Shown piece by piece: positions 26,201-39,636 of a stretch of DNA of 64,000 nucleotides. Made by a program: the position numbers and the translations under genes. Source of the DNA: Octopus vulgaris (Eukaryota); contig OX597831.1 of NCBI GenBank assembly GCA_951406725.2, forward strand, positions 65,968,001 through 66,032,000, in the 5' to 3' direction. The notes under the pieces were generated by a model. That model ran no database searches, was not told the origin of the DNA, and was given only the letters and a program-made list of their open reading frames with translations. How positions within the stretch are numbered: position 1 is the stretch's first letter; each line of letters begins with the position of its first letter.

Positions 26201-26366
26201 GCCAAACAAAACTTCCAACGACTTCAATAAATTACAAATTCATGAATTCAGCAATTCAAACAAAGCAACAACTCACATGGGAGTGAAATCCAAACACAAC
26301 TACCTCAGAAGAGTGACAATTGCCAGCTAAGGATCAGACATGATTCCAAACACAAAATACTATACA

Positions 26367-26576
26367 CTCTTTACTCTTTTACTTGTTTCAGTCATTTGAC
26401 TGCAGCCATGCTGGAGCACCGCCTTTAATCAAGCAACTCGACCCCGGGACTTATTCTTTTGTAAGCCCAGTACTTATTCTATCGGTCTCTTTTGCCGAAC
26501 CGCTAAGTGACGGGGACATAAACACACCAGCATCGGTTGTCAAGCAATGCTAGGAGGACAAACATAGACACACACA

Positions 26577-26616
<40 letters not shown>

Positions 26617-26783
26617 TACAACGGGCTTCTTTCAGTTTCCGTCTACCAAATCCACTCCAAAGGCTTTGGTCGGTCCGAGGCTATAGTAGAAGACACTTGC
26701 CCAAGGTGCCACGCAGTGGGACTGAACCCAGAACCATGTGGTTGGTAAACAAGCTACTTACCACACAGCCACTCCTGCACCTA
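26367..26783 (-). mobile_element. SINE family A
   Basis: Multicopy consensus. Confidence 0.9.
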
Positions 26784-27045
26784 TATGCTTTTTCCAGTGA
26801 CAAACAGTCACTGATCTCGAAAAAGGAGAAACAAGCAATAATAAATCTCTGATTGAGATGTAGACAGTAGCAGCAGACATCATGAAGTATATTTACCACA
26901 TAAATGTGAATGACTCATGTGGGATGATGCTACTGCAGTTTATAGCCCCAGGAAGACATCACCTCCAGCTGGCTAATGACACACTGTCTGTGCCCAATCA
27001 GTATTTGTGAAGGGAAACCATCGTTCCCATCTCTAGCCTGATGTG

Positions 27046-27086
27046 ATACACATGGACCTGGGTTTCTGGATAGTAACCCATCATCA

Positions 27087-27090
<4 letters not shown>
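27046..27090 (-). ncRNA. hammerhead ribozyme motif abutting (TA)n
   Basis: Minus: CTGATGA TGGG ttacta TCCA GAAA CC ca GG TC; core, stems II and III and GUC intact; stem I 5' arm runs into the TA tract. Confidence 0.6.
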
Positions 27091-27120
<30 letters not shown>

Positions 27121-27193
27121 GCCACATGGAAGGTGTTTATAAGCCATTTAAAAACACAAAAACCGTTAGATTCATTTCAACATTTAAATTTAA

Positions 27194-27244
27194 TTTGTCA
27201 AAATATTTTCTTTGCTTTGAGACCGTGACCTGTTCACTGACAAA
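27194..27244 (-). ncRNA. hammerhead-like motif, G3-C8 core variant, decayed stem II
   Basis: Minus: TTTGTCA GTGAACA ggtcacggtctcaaagcaaa GAAA ATAT T T TGACAAA; 7-bp stem I, palindromic stem III. Confidence 0.5.
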
Positions 27245-27253
27245 ATTACATGC

Positions 27254-27319
<66 letters not shown>

Positions 27320-27505
27320 TAAATGAAATAAAACATATGCATATATATAAACATATATGTACGTACCTACCTCTACATGTACATATACACGCATATATGA
27401 GTACAGGACACCAAAGGGACGTCGAACACAAAGAGAAACGAAAACATAGACACAAACCAAAGGAACTGGACATTTTTTTAAAAACAACAAAAAAATGGAG
27501 TACAG

Positions 27506-27542
<37 letters not shown>

Positions 27543-27543
<1 letters not shown>

Positions 27544-27859
27544 AGACCCCTTTCAGGGATTGCACCTGGAAAGTTACCCTGCCAGGCACAAGTCCGGACA
27601 AGGTTGCTTATGGAAGACCAGCAGTCACCCATGCATACCGATCTCCCCTCTCCACACCACCAGTGTTATCCAAGGGAAAGCAAAGGGGCCGATGCAGCTT
27701 GGCATCTGTGACATTGCAACGCATTTCTACAGCTGAGTGAACTGGAGCAATGTGAAATAAAGTGTCTTGCTCAAGAACACAACACGCAGCCTGGTCAGGG
27801 ATTTGAACTTGCAACCTCATGACTGTAAGCTCGACACTCTAACCACTGAGCCATGCACC

Positions 27860-27864
<5 letters not shown>
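27543..27864 (-). mobile_element. tRNA-derived SINE family E
   Basis: Minus head GTGAAGGTGCATGGCTCAGTGGTTAGAG...TTCTTGAGCAAGACACTTTATTTC; copy at 35373. Confidence 0.85.
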
Positions 27865-27903
<39 letters not shown>

Positions 27904-28150
27904 GATTTATAAATAAGGATAATATCGATATTTAAATATCGATATTATCAAGTGGCCAGCATGGGAATAAATACCATACAAAGGTAATAATTTTTTACAA
28001 CTATAAATAAGGGTGTCTGAGAAACACCACCATGCTGAAATAGCAGTCAAATCCCTGACTCTAAAAACTACCTTAAATGTTCATATCGCACCATGTATGT
28101 ATGTATCTATATTATACATTTATATATACTATATATATATATGTGTATGA

Positions 28151-28187
<37 letters not shown>

Positions 28188-28309
28188 CAAAATTTTAAGG
28201 ACTGACCACTCAAAAAGTTTAATCTATTTTAATCTTCGGATTCTTTGATATGCTGGGCCACTGGTTTTAATTGATTAATATCAATTTCTACCCTTATTAA
28301 ATTTTAAAT

Positions 28310-28348
<39 letters not shown>

Positions 28349-29265
28349 GTATGCTATATATATGTATGTTATACGTACATATGTATATATATTATTTATA
28401 TATATTATACATATATGTTTTTTAAGCTGTCAAGGGTTGCATAAGCTGCCATGATTCAAGTTTATTTTTTATTACTCCTGTGGCTGTTGTAAGACTCTAA
28501 TGCTTGTCTGATATAAACACTCAACCCACCTTCCTCGAGTAAATGTCAGCACATTTTGTTGTGATGCATTAACTGTTAGAAAAAATGTCTTTATCAACTC
28601 AAAATTATCAAAATATAGGAAAAGTGGTTAAAGTGCCTCAGTGTAGTCACATGCTTCCTTATAAAACTTTCTTTTACTTCAGCAGTAGCTTTGATATCAG
28701 AAGAAAAGTTGGGAATAAATCTTCAATAATAATATATATATCAAGTTGAAATATCTTGAAATATCTTCCTTTGATTCAGAACACAATAGTCCATTTCCTT
28801 TTCTAAAAGTCCTTTGAAATATTCACTTCTATGAAATCAATGCTTGTAATGTTATGTTATTCTCAAGAAGCATAAACCAAAATGCCATCTTGGTATATAA
28901 AAACACTTTTTATGCACTTTAAATAGTGATTCTATGCAATGCTGAAATATAGAACAACTGTTCTTTAATCCCATTTACAGCTGATTTACTAAATAAAGGC
29001 CACCACTTGTATTTATAGCACACAGCTTTCTTGACTCTTAGTCCAATTCGGTTTACCAATAAGTGCTCTTCAAGTCTAAAGTAGAGAAATTCGTAGCATG
29101 CAACATATTTGTTAAATACTGTTTCAATATTTGAAGAAAGATAAGAATATGTTTGACTCTTCTTGACACAAACTTTATAATCAGTGCACATTCTAAGGTT
29201 TCCTTTTTGATTTTCTTACCTAGACAAATAGTATTCTCAAATCTGAAATAAATTTATGATATCAT

Positions 29266-29425
29266 ACTCTTTACTCTTTTACTCTTTTACTTGTTTCAGT
29301 CATTTGACTGCGGCCATGCTGGAGCACCGCCTTTAATCGGTCTCTTTTGCCGAACTGCTAAGTAACGGGGACATAAACACACCAGCATCGGTTGTCAAGC
29401 AATGCTAGGGGGACAAACACAAACA

Positions 29426-29457
<32 letters not shown>

Positions 29458-29622
29458 CGACAGGCTTCTTTCAGTTTCCGTCTACCAAATCCACTCACAA
29501 GGCTTTGGTTGGCCCGAGGCTATAGTAAAAGACACTTGCCCAAGGTGCCACGCAGTGGGACTGAACCCGGAACCATGTGGTTGGTAAACAAGCTACTTAC
29601 CACACAGCCACTCCTGCGCCTA
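29266..29622 (-). mobile_element. SINE family A (internal deletion)
   Basis: Multicopy consensus. Confidence 0.9.
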
Positions 29623-30057
29623 TAATTTACAGTTTTCCTAAATTTGAAAATTAATTCTTGCATCTTGCATTAGGAGATTGTGAAGTGGCTTCACAGAACA
29701 AAATCAAGTTCCTTCTATCTTTATATTGTTGATGTTGTTTTATTGAGGTTAGAAAAAATACCTGAAACACTTAACCAATGCCTTTTAAAAAAACAAATAC
29801 ATGACTTTTAGTAATTAACCATGTTCTATTTTGCTGCACCCATGAGTTCATAATTCCAACCATCAAAACTTACTACTTTTACATAGCTTAACATTAGTTG
29901 ATAACTGTTAACAGCCACATTCATAGTTTAACATCGGTTGGTAACTGTCTTTTGGACGAAACAATAATTATGAAATACCTGGCACCCATATATAGCTCTT
30001 TAGAAATTTCAATATAATTTATAGATGAAGATTTCATGGTGATTTTTAAAAACGTCC

Positions 30058-30276
30058 ATGTGGTGCCACGTTAAAGTGGCCATGTGACAGCATGTAAAAG
30101 CACCCATGTAGCACTAAGTAAAAGCACTTGTAAAAGCATCCAGCACACTCTGTAAAGTGGTTGGCATTAGGATGGGCATCCAACTGTAGAAACCATGCCT
30201 AATCAGACTGGAGTCTGGAGCAGCTCCCCAAGTTGTCAGCTCTGGTCAAACCGTCCAATCCATGCCAGCATGTTAA

Positions 30277-30306
<30 letters not shown>
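30058..30306 (+). mobile_element. RTE 3' end (family C), old
   Basis: Diverged family C terminus with (GAT)n. Confidence 0.75.
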
Positions 30307-30307
<1 letters not shown>

Positions 30308-30470
30308 CTTGAATTAATATGTAATTAGCAGTTAATGTTATGTAATTTTTGTCTATTTTATTATCATTTTACATGTCTTTTACATCATAAACCTGTTCAG
30401 AATTATCAGGAATTCCTCAACAATATTTATGAAAATATTTCAATTTGCCACAGCTATGGCATTTTAGTCT

Positions 30471-30571
30471 ATACATACATACATACATACATACATACAT
30501 ACATACATACATACATACATGCATGCATGCATGCATGCATGCATGCATACATACATACATATACACATACA

Positions 30572-30605
<34 letters not shown>

Positions 30606-30636
30606 CATACATACATACATACGTACGTACGTATGT
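30471..30636. repeat. (CATA)n/(CATG)n tetranucleotide array
   Basis: Read directly from the sequence. Confidence 0.95.
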
Positions 30637-30747
30637 ACTTGTCGTCATCGTCATTGTTTAATGTCTGTTTCCCATGCTGACATGGGTTGGGTGGTTTGAC
30701 AGCATTTGAGGAGCTGGTCTAGGAATTGAACTCACGATTGTTTATAT

Positions 30748-31139
30748 AGGTGTAGAAGTGGCTGTGTGGTAAGTAGCTTGCTTACAAACCACATGGTTCT
30801 GGGTTCAGTCCCACTGTGTGGCACCTTGGGCAAGTGTCTTCTACTATAGCCTCGGGCTGACCAAAGCCTTGTGAGTGGATTTGGTAGACGGAAACTGAAA
30901 GAAGCCCGTTGTATATATATATGTATATGTGTGTATATGTTTGTGTGTCTGTGTTTGTTCCCCCAACATCGCTTGACAACTGATTCTGGTGTTTACGTCC
31001 CCGTAACTTAGCGGTTCAACAAAAAGACCGATAGAATAAGTACTAGGCTTACAAAGAATAAGTTCTGGGGTCGAGTTGCTTGATTAAAGGTGGTGCTCCA
31101 GCATGGCAACAGTCAAATGACTGAAACAAGTAAAAGAAT
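30748..31139 (+). mobile_element. SINE family A
   Basis: Multicopy consensus. Confidence 0.9.
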
Positions 31140-31329
31140 ATATATCTTTTGCATTTTTTTTCAATGTTGGGTTGTAAACCTTTGTTTGTTTCTTAATTCT
31201 ATCAACAAAGAAGTTAATGTTAGCAGTCTTTGCATTTGGCTGAAATTTGAATGCTTATTTTGGCTAAATTATTGTTGTAGGGGAACAAGTTTTGTTACAT
31301 CTAAATTTAGTTATGTTCTTAAATCTTTA

Positions 31330-31543
31330 GTATCTAAACTGACCATATCTAGCCCAAATATTCTGCCTGCTTTATGTTCAAACTGATCAGAGCCAGCCTC
31401 CCACACCTATTACACAATGTCAGTCTAAAAATAAACAATCGCATCATTGAAATCTCAAAGCTATATGATGCATTATTAATTCAGCACAATGTAAATAAAT
31501 AAGCATTCTATTTGACAGAGTTATCTGAATGATAAAGGGTTAA
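31330..31543. mobile_element. piggyBac-type MITE, diverged, opposite orientation to 7257
   Basis: Ends AAAGGGTTAA; body is the reverse complement of 7257-7462; another copy at about 39275-39490. Confidence 0.65.
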
Positions 31544-31649
31544 AGTGTTTTAGATTTTTTTGCACACCGATTGAAATTCTGACAAAAGCTAACAAAATAA
31601 ACTCGTTTTCCAGGTCATACTTCATTGTGTTAAATATATATTTAACCCA

Positions 31650-32068
31650 GGAGGCGCAGGAGTGGCTGTGTGGTAAGTAGCTTGCTAACCAGCCAGATGG
31701 TTCCGGGTTCAGTCCCACTGCGTGGCATCTTGGGCAAGTGTCTTCTACTATAGCCTCGGGCCGACCAATGCCTTGTGAGTGGATTTGGTAGACGGAAACT
31801 GAAAGAAGCCTGTCGTATATATGTATATATATATATATGTGTGTGTGTGTTTGTGTGCCTGTGTTTTTCCCCCTAGCATTGCTTGACAACCGATGCTGGT
31901 GTGTTTACGTCCCCGTCACTTAGCGGTTCGGCAAAAAGAGTCCGATAGAATAAGTACTGGGCTTACAAAGAATAAGTCCCGGGGTCAATTTGCTCGACTA
32001 AAGGCGGTGCTCCAGCATGGCCGCAGTCAAATGACTGAAACAAGTAAAAGAGTAAAAGAGTAAAAGAG
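31650..32068 (+). mobile_element. SINE family A, full length, young
   Basis: TSD TAACCCA at 31643-31649 and 32069-32075. Confidence 0.92.
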
Positions 32069-32958
32069 TAACCCAACTACAGACTCATTTGCAGTTTCAG
32101 ATTCAATTTGCTTTAGTTTGACAAACTGTAAGCAATCAAAGATAATAAAACATTTCTTTGATCAGATTATTAATCCAATTACTGTAATATATATTTTTCA
32201 TCAATCTGGGTGTCCAAAACCACCCTCCTCTCCATGCAAACTTGACACGCTGCCAGTTTAGTCAGCAATGATCTGAGCATGCAACAAGTCACACAGGGCT
32301 ACATGTTACCAGTGTTGCTCTCAAGTGACCTGCACCGCTTTTACTTCTAATTCTTCCATGCTTGCATGAGCCATATGGAATCGGTTGGGACAGATTTTCT
32401 AGGGCTAGATTTTCTTTCTTCTCACCGACTCTCACTTGCTTCCAAATTTCCACAGACATCTGGAGACTTACCACCATTGCATGATGTGAAGACAAACACA
32501 CACACACACACAAATACACACGCATTCATGTATGCATATATAAAATATACAAAAGCCCTCTCAAGGTTTTAGTTAGCCCAGGGCTATAGAAGAAGACACT
32601 TGTCCAATGTATTAGTATTTCATAGTGGCACAGTCAGCAAATATCTTCTTATGTTATGTGTGTGTGTGTGTGTGTGTATGTATGTGTGCACAGACATACA
32701 CACATATACATTCATTCATCCATTTCCAAGCACATACATACTCTCTCTCTCTCTCTCTCTTTCACTCTCTCTCTCTCTCTTAGACACACACACACACACA
32801 CATTACTGATTCAATATAAATGCATTTAATTTTCAGGTTAGGTCTGATACTGGCATTTTTACAAATTTAATTTTTTTATGGAGTGTGAAAAAGCTGAACT
32901 CTCATCAGACTGGCCAAGGTTTGTGATTCCATTTCAAAAAAATCAACTGGCACATTTG

Positions 32959-33228
32959 AAAATTCTTCCCACTTCCACCAGAAACTAGGGAGTATGGACA
33001 CAGAAACATTTTTTAAATTTTTCTATGCACAATGTTCTATGCTAAGGAGAGAGAATTCCATTCGTGTGGGGGTTATATCCCTTGGCTTAACTTAAACATG
33101 CATACATTTGTCAATTTGACAATTGCCTCAGAGTTACAAGCTTGTTTCTGGGGGCATGCCCTGGGAACCCTGCTATCTTTGCTTGTCTTGGGTTAGTGTG
33201 AAATCACTTGTTTATTTTACATATACAC

Positions 33229-33274
<46 letters not shown>

Positions 33275-33995
33275 TACCACAATGACCTGGTTGCGTGTGT
33301 GCGCACATACACGCGAGTACTGTCCAAATCTCCGACCAATCACATACAGCTAGCTGGCATTCAATTGGCGTATCAGGTTTCGGGCATTTTGATTGGGTTT
33401 TGGATAGAAAATTCACAAAAAAGTCACTTCTATTGATTTTTTAATGGCTTTGCGGGGTGACTGGGAAATGTAAAGATGTGCACGACCACCCTTGGACAGT
33501 TTTGAATGACCATAGAAAGTGCAAGCCCTCTAACTGAAAAATTGTGGATTTGTATAAAGGACATGCACGCTGACATTTTGCCATTTATATATATAGAGAT
33601 ATATAAGTTCACACATCATGTATGTGGGAGATATTTTCCTTACCCTGTAATAAATGCATACACATGCGCATATGTGTGTGCATGTGAGTGTGTGTGTGCG
33701 TGAGTGTGTGTGTATGTGTGTGTGTGTGTATGTGTGTGTGTGTGTGTAAGTGTCAACAGAGTGGGTATATTATCTAAAGTGTACAGTATCATATATCCAT
33801 TATGGCCGATCTTACCATTTGGTTTTGCTCTCAGGATCCAACTGGGACAGTTGAAAATTCTTCCCACTTACACCAGAATTTAGGGAGTGTGGACACAGAA
33901 AATTTTAAAAAATTTTTCTACTTTAAAAAATTTTGAATTTTTCTATGCACAATGTACTATGCTAAGGAAAGAGAATTCCAGGCATGTGTGGGTTA
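32959..33995 (+). repeat. two diverged copies of a ~120-140-bp repeat (32959-33075, 33853-33995)
   Basis: GAAAATTCTTCCCACTT...TTTTCTATGCACAATGT.CTATGCTAAGGA.AGAGAATTCCA in both copies. Confidence 0.8.
33272..33598 (-). mobile_element. non-autonomous Helitron-like element
   Basis: Minus 5' TCTATATATATAAATGGCAAAATGTC; 3' end ...GGTAG|T in a TA tract. Confidence 0.45.
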
Positions 33996-34380
33996 TAACA
34001 GTCTGATTATGTAATACTGCACTCATCAGAGGTAGCCGTTATGAAATGAAATATGGTGACTGCTCTCTATAGTTGGAGGTGCATAGACACATCTGGTTTC
34101 TGGTTATAGTGAAACAGAAGATTGGTACCAAAACATTGTCTCTGGGCATGGTTTTGATGCAAATTGGCAAGAGTTTTCTGGAAAAGAGTTTGTGGAAAAT
34201 GTGTGTGTTTTTAAGGTTGATATTCTAATGAAAATGAAATGTATGTTGTGCATCAACAACAATACAAATGGAATCTGCTCTATGTAGCTGGGAAAATTCT
34301 GGAACAGATTAGAAAGCTAAAAGGATTAAAGCTGGACTAGGAAAACTCTTGTTATTGCAAAGCAAATTACCAGATTTGAT

Positions 34381-34836
34381 AATAATAATAATGATAATAA
34401 TGAAATTATTGTATACAGTGCTCAGGTGCACCACAACTTGTCAAAAAGTGCATATAAAGTATATGCAGTAATGTACAAATGTCTGGAAAGCGAACAGTGT
34501 ATGAGTCAGATACATGCTTGCGTGTGTATGGAGGGGAGAAAATCAGGTGTAGTGTTGGCGAATCTCAGGAAGCATGGAAGTTTTAAAGGATGCAGTGCTT
34601 CGACAACTAACAACTGATGCCGGCAGTCTGTTCCATGCTTCAGCAACTCTTAGTGTGAAAAATGTTTCTGAAAGTCATGGGAGCTTTGCTGTTTTCTGAC
34701 TCTGTAAACATGTCCACAGGTGTTAGACAGGTGGAGTTTGAAAAGGTGCTCAGAGTTATTGTTAGTAAGATGGTTAATACTTTTATGGGTGTCTGCTAAG
34801 TCAGCTACCAGACGGAGTTTCAATGTGTCCATAACC
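34381..34836 (-). mobile_element. CR1-type LINE 3' fragment
   Basis: Minus: LRLVADL...TCGHVYRVRK...FQKHF(F)TLRVAEAWNRLPASVVSCRSTASFK; (ATT)n tail. Confidence 0.85.
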
Positions 34837-35372
34837 AGGGAAGTATTTATTAATATTACACCCAGAGGGAAATTAGTCTATAAATTTAAATTATTATATG
34901 ACACAAAACTTAAACACTAGAGTAATAGAAAGAAATAGGCTGATCCATCAAGTAACTCCTATGTAAGCCAAATTCAGTTAAGAAAACACTTTGCACTGGC
35001 AACAACTGCTGATTGTGCACAACATAACCAGTGATAAACTGAAACACTAGAAATGTAGACACCACATGAGATTCATAGTAAGGCAATGAAGGGACACCAC
35101 CACAGTCTAAATGGGAGAAACTATCCATAGTTTGAGTACAAGGATTGCAGGATGATTAAGGAACAAACATTCATCTTATATCAACATTCCATACAGAAAT
35201 GGTACAATGGATCAATAAAAAATGTTGAAGTAAAGATCCTTTCTAGATATCTAAATTAAACAGCATCAAAACTAATTATAGAGTTTACGCAATCTCAGGA
35301 AACAAACCTCGTACACATATTTAATAGAAAAATGAAATGAGCCCTAACCAGAATCCACCACTACAGAAGAAT

Positions 35373-35713
35373 CTGAGACCCTCTTCGGTCATGACACAGA
35401 CCATGGGATTGCACCTAGAAAGTTACCCTCCTAGGCACAAGTCCGGGCAAGGTTGTTTATGGAAGACCAGCAGTCACCCATGCATACCAGCCTCCCCTCT
35501 CCACGCCACCAGTGTTATCCAAGGGAAAGGCAAAGGGGCCGATACAGCTTGGCACCTGTGACGTTGCAACTCATTTCTACAGCTGAGTGAACTGGAGCAA
35601 TGTGAAATAAAGTGTTTTGCTCAAGAACTCAACATGCAGCCCGGTCTGAGATTCGAGCTCACAACCTCACGATCGTAAGCTCGACGCTCTAACCACTGAG
35701 CCATGCGCCTTCA
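35373..35713 (-). mobile_element. SINE family E, full length
   Basis: 14-bp TSD CACTACAGAAGAAT at 35359-35372 and 35714-35727. Confidence 0.9.
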
Positions 35714-36184
35714 CACTACAGAAGAATAAAGATATAATAAAGCTAAAACCAACTGAAGTCAGCCACCACAGATAGAAAGACACATGCACACACACACACA
35801 CACATAGAAAGCTGCATACCCACATATGGAGAGGCATACACATGCATGCATACACATGTTCTAATAATGGCAACAACAAAAGGAAGCAAAAGGAACAAAT
35901 AAACATCAAAACTATACCATGTCATAATTCAAAACACTTGCTATACAGATGTAACATAATTCAGAGAAATCAGTTGGAAATCTGAACCTGAAAACATCTC
36001 TTTAGAAGTCTACAGGATTAGTATGTAAGACATAGTTTTTTGGAAAACGACAGCTGTTAATTATGTTCATTGGTTTTAATAATATGACTTACCAATATAC
36101 AGCATTTGTTTCAGATCAAAATTCTCACAAAACAAATCCACACACACACACACATGTTTGTGTGTTATAAATGCATACATATAT

Positions 36185-36364
36185 AGGCCCTGGCATGGCT
36201 GTGTGGTAAGTAGCTTGCTTCCCAACCACATGGTTCCGGGTTCAGTCCCACTGTGTGGCACCTTGGGCAAGTGTCTTCTACTATAGCCTCGGGCCGACCA
36301 AAGCCTTGTGAGTGGATTTGGTAGAGGGAAACTGAAAGAAGCCCATCGTATCTATGTATATATG

Positions 36365-36414
<50 letters not shown>

Positions 36415-36790
36415 TGTCTGTGTTTGCCCCCTAGCATTGCTTGACAAACGATGCTGGTGTGTTTATGTCCCCATTACTTAGCGGTTCGGCAAAAAGAGAC
36501 TGATAGAATAAGTACTGGGCTTACAAAAGAATAAGTCCTGGGGTCAAGTTGCTTGATTAAAGGCGGTGCTCCAGCATGACCGCAGTCAAATGATTGAAAC
36601 AAGTAAAAGAGATAAAAGAGATATAGGCACTGGCATGGCTGTGTGGTAAGAACCTTGCTTCCCAACCACATGGTTCCGGGTTCAAGTCCCACTGCATGGC
36701 ATCTTAGGCAACTGTCTTCTACTATAACCTCAGGCCAACCAAAGCTTTGCAAATCGATTTGGCAGACAGAAACTAAAAGAAGCCAGTTGT
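36185..36790 (+). mobile_element. SINE family A, full copy plus tandem 5' half of a second copy
   Basis: Heads at 36185 and 36625. Confidence 0.85.
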
Positions 36791-36840
36791 ATGTATGCAT
36801 GTATGTATGCATATATGTATGTATGCATGTCTGTATGTAT

Positions 36841-37031
36841 GTAGGTAGGTAGGTAGGTAGGTAGGTAGGTAGGTAGGTAGGTAGGTAGGTTGGTAGGTAG
36901 GTAGGTAGGTAGGTAGGTAGGTAGGTAGGTAGGTAGGTTGGTAGGTAGGTAGGTAGGTAGGTAGGTAGGTAGGTAGGTAGGTAGGTAGGTTGGTTGGTTG
37001 GTTGGTTGGTTGGTTGGTTGGGTGGTTGGTT
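36841..37031. repeat. (TAGG)n then (TTGG)n
   Basis: Read directly from the sequence. Confidence 0.95.
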
Positions 37032-37036
37032 GTTTT

Positions 37037-37130
37037 TACCTAAAACCCCCAAGACAGTAAGAAGATATACAAAGAACATGCTGTCTTCACTTCTTTGTCT
37101 ATCTCCTTACCTTCTTGGAGGTTTTAGGTA
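37037..37130. repeat. imperfect ~40-bp inverted repeat (hairpin)
   Basis: TACCTAAAACCCCCAAGA...CAAAGAA / TTCTTTG...TCTTGGAGGTTTTAGGTA. Confidence 0.8.
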
Positions 37131-37182
37131 TAATTATACTCCTGTGTCCATCTGTTTTAATTTAATTTAATTCTATGACTTT

Positions 37183-37270
37183 ATGCAGCTGAGGATTGCT
37201 CTGCATTTAAATTGATGTAATGATTGCATTGTTCAATTAAATGGCGTTGCATGAAACGATCGTACTGCAT
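37183..37270 (+). ncRNA. type-I hammerhead ribozyme with extended stem II
   Basis: ATGCAG CTGAGGA tTGC[..CATTTAAATTGA..TCAATTAAATG..]GCAt GAAA CGATCG TA CTGCAT; perfect 6-bp stem I, palindromic stem III, GUA site. Confidence 0.8.
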
Positions 37271-37384
37271 TACCTCTGGATATCCTTGTTGCTTATTTTG
37301 ATTTTAATCTCCTTCTTTTGAAATTGTATAGTTAATACCATACTAAATTCTGGTGCCTCAGCTTAAGTACCATATTCATCTGAA

Positions 37385-37535
<151 letters not shown>

Positions 37536-37980
37536 TGTTTCTTTATTGGCCACACAGGGTTGAACACAGAGGGAACAAAATACAAAGTAGTGCTTTTCTT
37601 TTTGGGAAGAAGAAAAAAGTGGGGGTAGAATTTCGATCAGAAGGGAGGGAAAAAAAAGGGCTAATCAATAGCGATTGTGTATCACAGAAATGTCATAATG
37701 TAAAAAGGGGGAACAGATCAGATTTATCCGTTGAAGGAAAAGCATATGGAAAAGATCACATTACAGTTAGTGACTCTCTTTTTTTGGTTCATAGGATTAT
37801 ACTAGACAGAGACAGACAGACAGACAGACAGACTGATAGATAGATATGTATATGTGTGAGTGTGTTTTTACCCCCGTACAAGTATTAGACTATAAGTCCT
37901 GGGATCAATTTCTTCAACAAAAACCCTTCAAAGCAGGGCTCAAGCATAGCTGCAGTCAGATGACTAAAACAAGTAAAAGA

Positions 37981-38017
<37 letters not shown>

Positions 38018-38190
38018 TATATGTGTCAAATATGCATACATATACATCATTTCTTGATATGCTTGTTTTTCATGAACTCAAAATTCCAAACACTGTGATA
38101 TTTAATGGATACCAATGCTAATGAGGACTAGAACTACTACAATAAGTGAGGCAAATACTTTAGACACTGTGAGGTGTAAGTGTTTTATTA

Positions 38191-38606
38191 GGATCTTCTC
38201 GGTTTGAACAGGAGTTTTTTCTAGTGGTGTCATATGAAATTGTCACCCATAATTATGACCCTAGTATCGATCTATTGCATTTCAATGTTTTAGGGTTAGG
38301 GTTAGGCGTGGGGGAAGGGTATCTTTTTTTCTTCAGAAATGTAAATAAACCCAATCTGTTTCTTAAACGAGGGACATATTCATACAGCACAGAATGTTTT
38401 TTTACCTCAATAGACGTCAGTGATTGGTTGAAATTGCAGAAACTGAAGAAAATAACCAACAAATATCTTACAAACTATAGAATTTTCTCAAAAAAGCCAA
38501 GAGAAAAAGATTATTTATAAAAAACATTCTACCAGTATACGAAGTTTAAAATTTTTTAGTTACCTAGAAATTATGCTAAAAACTGCCGTTCAAACCGAAA
38601 AGATCT
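38191..38606. mobile_element. GG-ended MITE with internal TTAGGG-like repeats
   Basis: TIR GGATCTTCTCGGTTTGAAC / GTTCAAACCGAAAAGATC; (T)GTTTTATT duplicated on both flanks. Confidence 0.85.
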
Positions 38607-39636
38607 GTTTTATTCCTTCTCAAACATTTGGTTTTATATTTGGCTTTATATGTAGCTCAAGCAGAAACCACCAGAGATAACTATAACAGCTGCTTTTGAT
38701 TGTTTGTCTGCTACTTTTGTTGTTGTTTAGTTCTGTGTCTGCCCCAAATCTGTCTCAATTGCTCAGAGCATAAGCACATAATGTCCAACATAACATCCAA
38801 TCTTGACAACCTTATTTTTCTCTGCAGACCTAATGTACCCCACACTACATTATTAAACAAAGCATTTTTTTTTTTGCCATTTTAGGCAAGAAATTTAGAG
38901 ATTTGGATGCTATTTCTAGCAGGTTGAACGACCTCATACAGACTCCCTCATTGGCTTGCCTATATTTTACTCTGTTAACATGTGGTTTTTAAAAGATATC
39001 TATAACTGATTGCCTGATCAACCATTAACAGTGTGACATGTTGTATCCATTATCCTACCAGTTTCCCCAGTTTCTCTCCAATTATTGATGATCCATTAGT
39101 TTTAGATATATTGTCTTTTAAGGAGCACCTCTTACTCTCACCTTATACTATCTGGCAGGGTATTCATTATTGATGAGTTCATTATAACTCAATTTTCTAT
39201 CTTTACATTTGACCATGCCATCATATGTTTGTATGCACCATTTGATTTCTCTCAGTTTTTAATAAGATACTTTTTCAACCTTTCAGCATTTAAACTGGCC
39301 ATATCCAGCCCAAATATCCTACCTTTTGGCCAGATCTGGCTTCTCACTCCTACTCTACTACATCATTCTTAGAGTATACAATCACATTACCAAAATCTCA
39401 AAGCTACAAGATAATTCATAATTAATCTAAAACACTGTGAATGAATATGCATTACGTATGACAGAGTAATATGAAAGCTAAAAGGTTAAACAGATTACAG
39501 TGTGTGGCCTTGCATTAAAATGTGAAAGATTCTCTGTCAATGTTGTTAATTATTATGAACACCTAATTACAAAGCCACTCCTCAAAATTTATCCCATTTT
39601 ATCAACCTGATTTATTCAGTTGAAATATGAAACTAC

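Noticed and set aside
28745-28830. SEYFKGLL BTB-like peptide on the minus strand
   Set aside because: Eight-residue resemblance followed by an early stop; no other BTB segments nearby
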